Part shown: in pieces, positions 7,646 to 11,624 of the stretch
Numbering within the stretch: the first letter of the stretch is position 1
Layout of the letters: every line of letters begins with the position of its first letter
Source of the DNA: Chlamydiota bacterium
GTDB lineage: Bacteria; Chlamydiota; Chlamydiia; Chlamydiales; SM23-39
Length of the DNA stretch: 11,624 bases
Reading direction: 5' to 3'
Assembly: GCA_038534095.1 (NCBI GenBank)
Contig: JBCAXK010000046.1
Coordinates: forward strand, 1-11,624
The notes under the pieces: model-generated
The model's input: the letters and a program-made list of their open reading frames with translations, nothing else
What the model was told of the DNA's origin: nothing
Database searches by the model: none
Program-made: the position numbers and the translations under genes

Positions 7646-7966
7646 TTAGCGGTCCTCTGTTCGTTTTTCTCCTTGGACTTGTGGAACGAAATGTACTTTC
7701 ATGTAGCCCTTCGGAACAAGTCCCAATTTCTGCATCAACACCCTCTCAATCCAGTCGGGATCGTTTTTGGATTGCGCTCTTTGTTGCAATTCCATCTTGA
7801 GCATTTCTAGCTTTTTTTTACTTTTTTGGAGTAAACACAGTTCTTTTTGAAATGTAGAAATGGCCTGCTTTTTCACCTGAAAAAATTTTTGGTGGGCAAA
7901 TCCTAAACTCACAATGCTCATACACAAGAGGAGCACTTTCCAACGGATTATGGAAAAAAAACGCAC
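7646..7966 (-). CDS. Small bitopic coiled-coil protein, FtsB/DivIC (septum formation initiator)-like; CT038-like
   Basis: One N-terminal TM helix, a heptad leucine stretch, then 'NDPDWIERVLMQKLGLVPKG', which resembles the FtsB/DivIC signature 'D..yiE..AR..LglvkpGE'. GTG start with a GAGGGG RBS. Confidence 0.65.
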   Translation of the reverse strand: MRFFSIIRWKVLLLCMSIVSLGFAHQKFFQVKKQAISTFQKELCLLQKSKKKLEMLKMELQQRAQSKNDPDWIERVLMQKLGLVPKGYMKVHFVPQVQGEKRTEDR

Positions 7967-8027
7967 GTTTCAACAGCCCCCTCTAAGTTCTTTATTGCCA
8001 TTCAGTACATATTTTTCTAGAGAATTT

Positions 8028-8591
8028 CTACGATTTTAACACTTTTGGTGGCGTAATGCCTACTTGTCCCATGTACTTTCCTCCCCGTTCTTTGTATGAA
8101 GTTTCGCACTCCTCTTTTGCTTCGAAAAACAAGACCTGCGCCAAACCTTCCCCTGCATAAATTTTTGCAGGAAGGGGCGTTGTATTCGAAATCTCCAACG
8201 TCACCTGCCCTTCCCACTCAGGCTCAAAGGGGGTCACATTGACGATAATACCGCAACGAGCATAGGTCGATTTTCCAAGACAAATCGTCAGCACATTTCT
8301 TGGAATACGAAAATATTCCACCGAACGAGCTAGGGCAAACGAGTTGGGAGGAATGATGCAAGTATCTGCTTCAATCGTCACAAAAGCATCCTCTTGAAAG
8401 TTTTTCGGATCTACAATGGCGTTGTAGGTATTGGTGAAAATTTTGAAACTCCGATCTACACGTAAATCATAACCATAACTAGATAGACCATAACTCACTA
8501 CACCAGATGCGGCCAAAGTATCCACAAACGGTGTGATCATGTTCTTTTGTTTCGCCATCTTTTTGATCCAATGGTCAGGAAGTAAAGCCAT
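8028..8591 (-). CDS. dcd: dCTP deaminase
   Basis: '[12 protein letters not shown]', 'IIPPNSFAL...VEYFRIP', '[29 protein letters not shown]' and 'Y...GGKY.GQ.GIT'. AAGGAG RBS 6 nt upstream. Confidence 0.97.
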   Translation of the reverse strand: MALLPDHWIKKMAKQKNMITPFVDTLAASGVVSYGLSSYGYDLRVDRSFKIFTNTYNAIVDPKNFQEDAFVTIEADTCIIPPNSFALARSVEYFRIPRNVLTICLGKSTYARCGIIVNVTPFEPEWEGQVTLEISNTTPLPAKIYAGEGLAQVLFFEAKEECETSYKERGGKYMGQVGITPPKVLKS

Positions 8592-8689
8592 AAATATCTC
8601 CTTAGTTTGAAGGCGCTAACAAGTTTGTATAGCGCTCGAATTGGTTTTCTTGCTAGAGTTTTTATGAAAACAGGTAAAAAAGGTTTTCT

Positions 8690-9697
8690 TTGGATTCTGA
8701 CAAACCACAAATCACATCGACTATGGAAAAGAAGGACGACGCCTTTGAAACCCCTCTTCGTCCGTTGCGTTTAGATGCCTTCACCGGTCAACCAAAAATC
8801 ATCAAGCGTCTTCATATTTTGATCGAAGCGGCAAAAAAAAGGAAGGATCCTTTAGGCCATACGCTATTTTCTGGTCCTCCAGGTTTGGGGAAAACGACCC
8901 TAGCCCAAATTCTTGCACGGGAGATGAACGCGGGAATTGTGATCACCTCAGGTCCTGTAATTGATAAACCAGGAGATTTAGCAGGTATTCTTACCGGCCT
9001 GCAGAAAAATGACCTCCTATTCATCGATGAAATTCACCGGCTCTCGCGGCATATCGAAGAGTACTTGTACTCGGCTATGGAAGATTTTCAGATCGATTTG
9101 CTGATCGACTCGGGACCCAACGCCCGCTCTGTTCCCATTCAAATCGCCCCATTTACTCTTGTTGGAGCTACAACCAAATCGGGCCTGTTAACCAATCCAT
9201 TACGTACCCGATTTTTGCAACACCTTCGCCTTGAATACTACCCGTTAGACTGTCTTAGCGAAATTGCAAAACGCTCAGCCAATTTATTGGATTTTTCTTT
9301 AGATGAAAAAAGCGCTCAGGCTATTGCAAGAAGATCGAGAGGTACACCTAGAATACTCAATAACTTGATCCGATGGGTACGTGACTACGCCGCGATTCAT
9401 AATCAAGGCTCTGCCTCCTGCAAGGCGACAGAAGAAGCGTTACAAATGCTTGCCATTGATGAAAAAGGGCTCGATGAGATGGACAAAAAAATCTTGACTG
9501 TTATGATGGAGCATCATAATGGTGGTCCTGTCGGTTTAGGTACTCTCGCATTAGCGGTGGGAGAAGAGCCTGTAACTCTTGCAGAGGTGTATGAACCCTT
9601 TTTGATTTTAGAGGGGTTCATTCAACGTACTCCAAGAGGAAGGCAACTCACCGAACTTGGATATGCTCATTTGCAAAAAGAACGGAACAAAAGGTAA
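8690..9697 (+). CDS. ruvB: Holliday junction branch migration helicase RuvB
   Basis: LRP, Walker A GPPGLGKTT, TSGP, Walker B FIDEIHRL, 'EEYLYSAMEDF', GATT, RGTPR, GGPVG, 'EVYEPFL' and RTPRGR. The start is either TTG 8690 or ATG 8723. Confidence 0.98.
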   Translation: MDSDKPQITSTMEKKDDAFETPLRPLRLDAFTGQPKIIKRLHILIEAAKKRKDPLGHTLFSGPPGLGKTTLAQILAREMNAGIVITSGPVIDKPGDLAGILTGLQKNDLLFIDEIHRLSRHIEEYLYSAMEDFQIDLLIDSGPNARSVPIQIAPFTLVGATTKSGLLTNPLRTRFLQHLRLEYYPLDCLSEIAKRSANLLDFSLDEKSAQAIARRSRGTPRILNNLIRWVRDYAAIHNQGSASCKATEEALQMLAIDEKGLDEMDKKILTVMMEHHNGGPVGLGTLALAVGEEPVTLAEVYEPFLILEGFIQRTPRGRQLTELGYAHLQKERNKR

Positions 9698-10863
9698 TGG
9701 AGTCGATTATGCGGTTTTTATGGTGCATCTTTTTTATGGCAGGATCTCTTTTAGCAGAAAACACTTTGCCATCAAAGCAAGCAGAAAGCGTAAAAATCTT
9801 AATTCAGCAAGGAGCGAAAGAGGCTTTATTAGAAGCCAAAGGCCCCTACTACATTTTTAATCCGAAGGATCACTCTAGAATCACTTCAGGCCTTTTAGGC
9901 AAACGTTTTTTAGTCCATGCTACAGAGAAGGGCATTAAATGGGGTGAGACATTTTTAGACATTCACCAAATTTCTCTTGTCCCTAGATCGGAATCTTGCT
10001 CCCTCTTAGTCAATGGAGTCCAATATGATGGCTCTTTATCCATTTACGCAAAAGAAGATCGAATTCATATTGTGAATGAGGTTCTGATCGAAGATTATGT
10101 CAATGCGGTTCTTGCAAAAGAGTTTTTGTACCCAATTGATACAGAAGTTCTTTCTGCAGTAGCGATTCTTGCGCGCACTTCTGCCCACTACTACGCAAAA
10201 AATCCCCAGTCTCTTTGGCATCTAGACGCCCAGGAAATCGATTATGTGGGCTCATTTTTACGCACTCCAGGATCGTTCATTGATAAGGTGATTAAATCGA
10301 CAAAAGGGCTTATTTTAGTCCACGACGTCAATGGAAAAAAAGAAGCATTTCCAGCAACTTGGACAGAACATAGCGGCGGAAAAACGGCCGCTTTTTCTGC
10401 GATTTTTCGAAAAGAAGCCCTTTGTCCTAGCATCAGCGCCAGCGCCCCTTATGCTCTTAACGATAGAAAAGATAGCAACTGGATTTTTTCTATTGATAAA
10501 GGCGCTCTTGCGAAAAAATGTGGCATGCAAGATATCGAAAATATTGAACTGTTCATCGATCATGAGTCGAAAAAGTCTTACGCTGTTCGCCTTGTCGGAA
10601 AACAGGAACAAAAAGACCTCAATTTTTTTGCCTTTCAAAAGCTACTAGGGAAGGATTGCATACAAAGCAACGATTTTACGATAGAATCCACCCATCAAGA
10701 ACTCATTTTCGATGGTTATGGGAAGGGACACGGAGTGGGCCTATGCCTTTATTCTGCCGGTTTGATGGCAGAAAAAGGGGATAACGCTCTACAAATTCTG
10801 ACCAAATTTTATGAAGGCACTTCTCTCTATAATTTAACCGCTAAGCTTGCGTCGAATAAATAG
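9697..10863 (+). CDS. SpoIID/LytB-domain lytic transglycosylase with signal peptide (CT041-like)
   Basis: N-terminal signal peptide, 'VNEV.IEDYVNAVLAKE' (retains the Glu at the catalytic position), 'AVAILART', 'HSGGKT' and C-terminal 'GYGKGHGVGLC....MA..G.....IL..FY.G'. TAATG coupling to ruvB. Confidence 0.88.
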   Translation: MESIMRFLWCIFFMAGSLLAENTLPSKQAESVKILIQQGAKEALLEAKGPYYIFNPKDHSRITSGLLGKRFLVHATEKGIKWGETFLDIHQISLVPRSESCSLLVNGVQYDGSLSIYAKEDRIHIVNEVLIEDYVNAVLAKEFLYPIDTEVLSAVAILARTSAHYYAKNPQSLWHLDAQEIDYVGSFLRTPGSFIDKVIKSTKGLILVHDVNGKKEAFPATWTEHSGGKTAAFSAIFRKEALCPSISASAPYALNDRKDSNWIFSIDKGALAKKCGMQDIENIELFIDHESKKSYAVRLVGKQEQKDLNFFAFQKLLGKDCIQSNDFTIESTHQELIFDGYGKGHGVGLCLYSAGLMAEKGDNALQILTKFYEGTSLYNLTAKLASNK

Positions 10864-10933
10864 CACCTTTAGGAAGCTTCAGTAGTCACTCAATTGTTTG
10901 ATCCTCGATAGACAAGGATTGGCCAAGGCCAGG

Positions 10934-10962
10934 TGCTTTGTATCTTTAAGTCATACAAAGCA
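10934..10962. repeat. Perfect 10-bp inverted repeat with a 9-nt spacer
   Basis: TGCTTTGTAT (10934-10943) / ATACAAAGCA (10953-10962), ~70 nt after the SpoIID-gene stop. Confidence 0.6.
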
Positions 10963-11146
10963 TGAGAGAAAAATGCAGTTTCTACTAAGGAAAACCAATG
11001 GCCAGATTCTCAAAATAGCATTGAATCCTAAACCTATTCATGGACATATACTTACAGTAATTTTTTTGCGGTTTTGAAAAAATCTATTACTCAACAGAAA
11101 AGGCTGGGGAATGTGCGATGCTTGCCTATTTCGTACATATATTCTT

Positions 11147-11175
11147 TTGCAAATATTGCTTCTTTTGCATAAAAT
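11147..11175 (+). promoter_or_regulatory. Sigma66/sigma70-type promoter of ffs
   Basis: TTGCAA (11147-11152), 17-nt spacer, TAAAAT (11170-11175). The predicted TSS near 11182 coincides with the start of the SRP RNA closing stem. Confidence 0.75.
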
Positions 11176-11181
11176 GATAAT

Positions 11182-11283
11182 CTTCACCGGGGACCTTGAG
11201 GAACTTTTTCTGTCGAATCAGGTCAGGACTGGAAGGTAGCAGCCTTAAGACGTGAAAGAGTGCTTTAAGATTTCTCCGGTGAA
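11182..11283 (+). ncRNA. ffs: Signal recognition particle RNA (small bacterial 4.5S type)
   Basis: ~102-nt rod with closing stem CTTCACCGGGGA / TCTCCGGTGAAG. Helix 8 core TCAGG-ACT-GGAA-GGT-AGCAGC has the GNRA tetraloop and the conserved CAGG/AGCA loop. Followed by a T-tract at 11285-11290. Confidence 0.93.
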
Positions 11284-11546
11284 GTTTTTTCTTCAGCTAT
11301 GTACGCCTCTTCTAAGGCTTGCAATCCCCTTCTGACCTCTCCTTCCATGTCAATATCAGAGCTTAGGGCCTCTTTGTACACAAAATGGAAAAAGTTTTTT
11401 TGAAAAGGTGTTGGCAAACTTTCTATGTTCGCTAGAAGAGAAAAATCGGGATCTTTTGCTAACTTTCGTAAAATTTTTTGTAGTACTAATAAAGTGGGAG
11501 TATTGCGAGGAATGCTTTTCAAAAGATTTTTTTCTTTTTGGGCATT
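11265..11546 (-). CDS. mazG: MazG nucleoside triphosphate pyrophosphohydrolase, 3' part (linker plus degenerate second domain); 5'-truncated
   Basis: 'KEKNLLKSIPRNTPTLLVLQKILRK' matches the MazG linker 'slldgiP..lPaL..aqk'. 'IDMEGEVRR' matches 'idpE.aLr'. The missing upstream motif is present inverted at 11549-11624. Confidence 0.75.
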   Translation of the reverse strand, partial: NAQKEKNLLKSIPRNTPTLLVLQKILRKLAKDPDFSLLANIESLPTPFQKNFFHFVYKEALSSDIDMEGEVRRGLQALEEAYIAEEKTSPEKS

Positions 11547-11548
11547 TT

Positions 11549-11624
11549 CATGTGTTTTCAAAAGAGAAATCTGACTCATCCCTTTCTATTGAGGAGTTAG
11601 AAGCGAAATGGGATGCGATCAAAA
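11549..11624 (+). other. Inverted fragment of mazG (fold-back chimeric tip)
   Basis: The plus strand reads HVFSKEKSDSSLSIEELEAKWDAIK, the MazG 'rHPHVF....e.v...We.iK' motif. It joins in frame to NAQKEK... on the minus strand. Confidence 0.85.

Noticed and set aside
8690..9697. ruvB without adjacent ruvA/ruvC as a novelty
   Set aside because: Separation of ruvB from ruvAC is normal in Chlamydiae.
31..10648. Short overlapping or antisense ORFs in the track (e.g. 31..306, 93..287, 920..1111, 5739..6149, 10315..10638, 10331..10648)
   Set aside because: They are shadows of well-supported genes, with no recognisable motifs.
10973..11077. 34-codon ORF MQFLLRKTNGQILKIALNPKPIHGHILTVIFLRF
   Set aside because: Weak RBS, no recognisable motif, and a length expected by chance.
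11142..11169. Direct repeat TTCTTTTGCA (11142-11151 and 11160-11169) in the ffs promoter
   Set aside because: Low-complexity T-rich sequence partly explained by the -35 element. No independent support for an operator.
2475..11546. Anti-phage defence island (Abi/CPBP, PP2C, dCTP deaminase, MazG all have defence-associated relatives)
   Set aside because: Each gene looks like the conserved chlamydial housekeeping version (trimeric dUTPase-fold Dcd, tandem-type MazG, PP2C without kinase or vWA partners) in core-genome context. No mobility genes are present.
1..11624. CRISPR array, tRNA, rRNA, IS element or integrase, or a linear replicon with hairpin telomeres
   Set aside because: No regularly spaced repeats, cloverleaf or transposase ORF seen. 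The inverted ends fall inside core chromosomal genes and are better explained as chimeras.

Overview
Compact, AT-rich housekeeping region from a member of the phylum Chlamydiae. It is probably a non-Chlamydiaceae, environmental lineage, inferred from gene content and from divergence relative to the C. trachomatis proteins I recall. Gene order: 3' part of a chlamydial dnaA paralog (+); type III secretion chaperone Slc1/CT043-like (-); a tightly coupled + operon of lipoprotein, CPBP/CAAX intramembrane protease, PP2C phosphatase and cysteine desulfurase; a convergent - operon of dcd, an FtsB/DivIC-like small protein and two CNNM/CBS (CorC/TlyC-type) paralogs; divergent ruvB and a SpoIID/LytB-domain gene (+); SRP RNA ffs (+) with a clear sigma70/66 promoter; and the 3' part of mazG (-). 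The clearest hidden signal is that both ~76-80 bp termini are inverted pieces of the adjacent truncated genes (dnaA left, mazG right). This is most likely a fold-back chimera or assembly artefact, and it makes the ORF-track N-termini of both genes spurious. I see no mobile element, CRISPR array or defence system, and I cannot support a wholly new system. The best biological leads are two hairpin-rich intergenic regions (471-731 and 1546-1690), the candidate chlamydial FtsB, and a MazG with a degenerate second domain.
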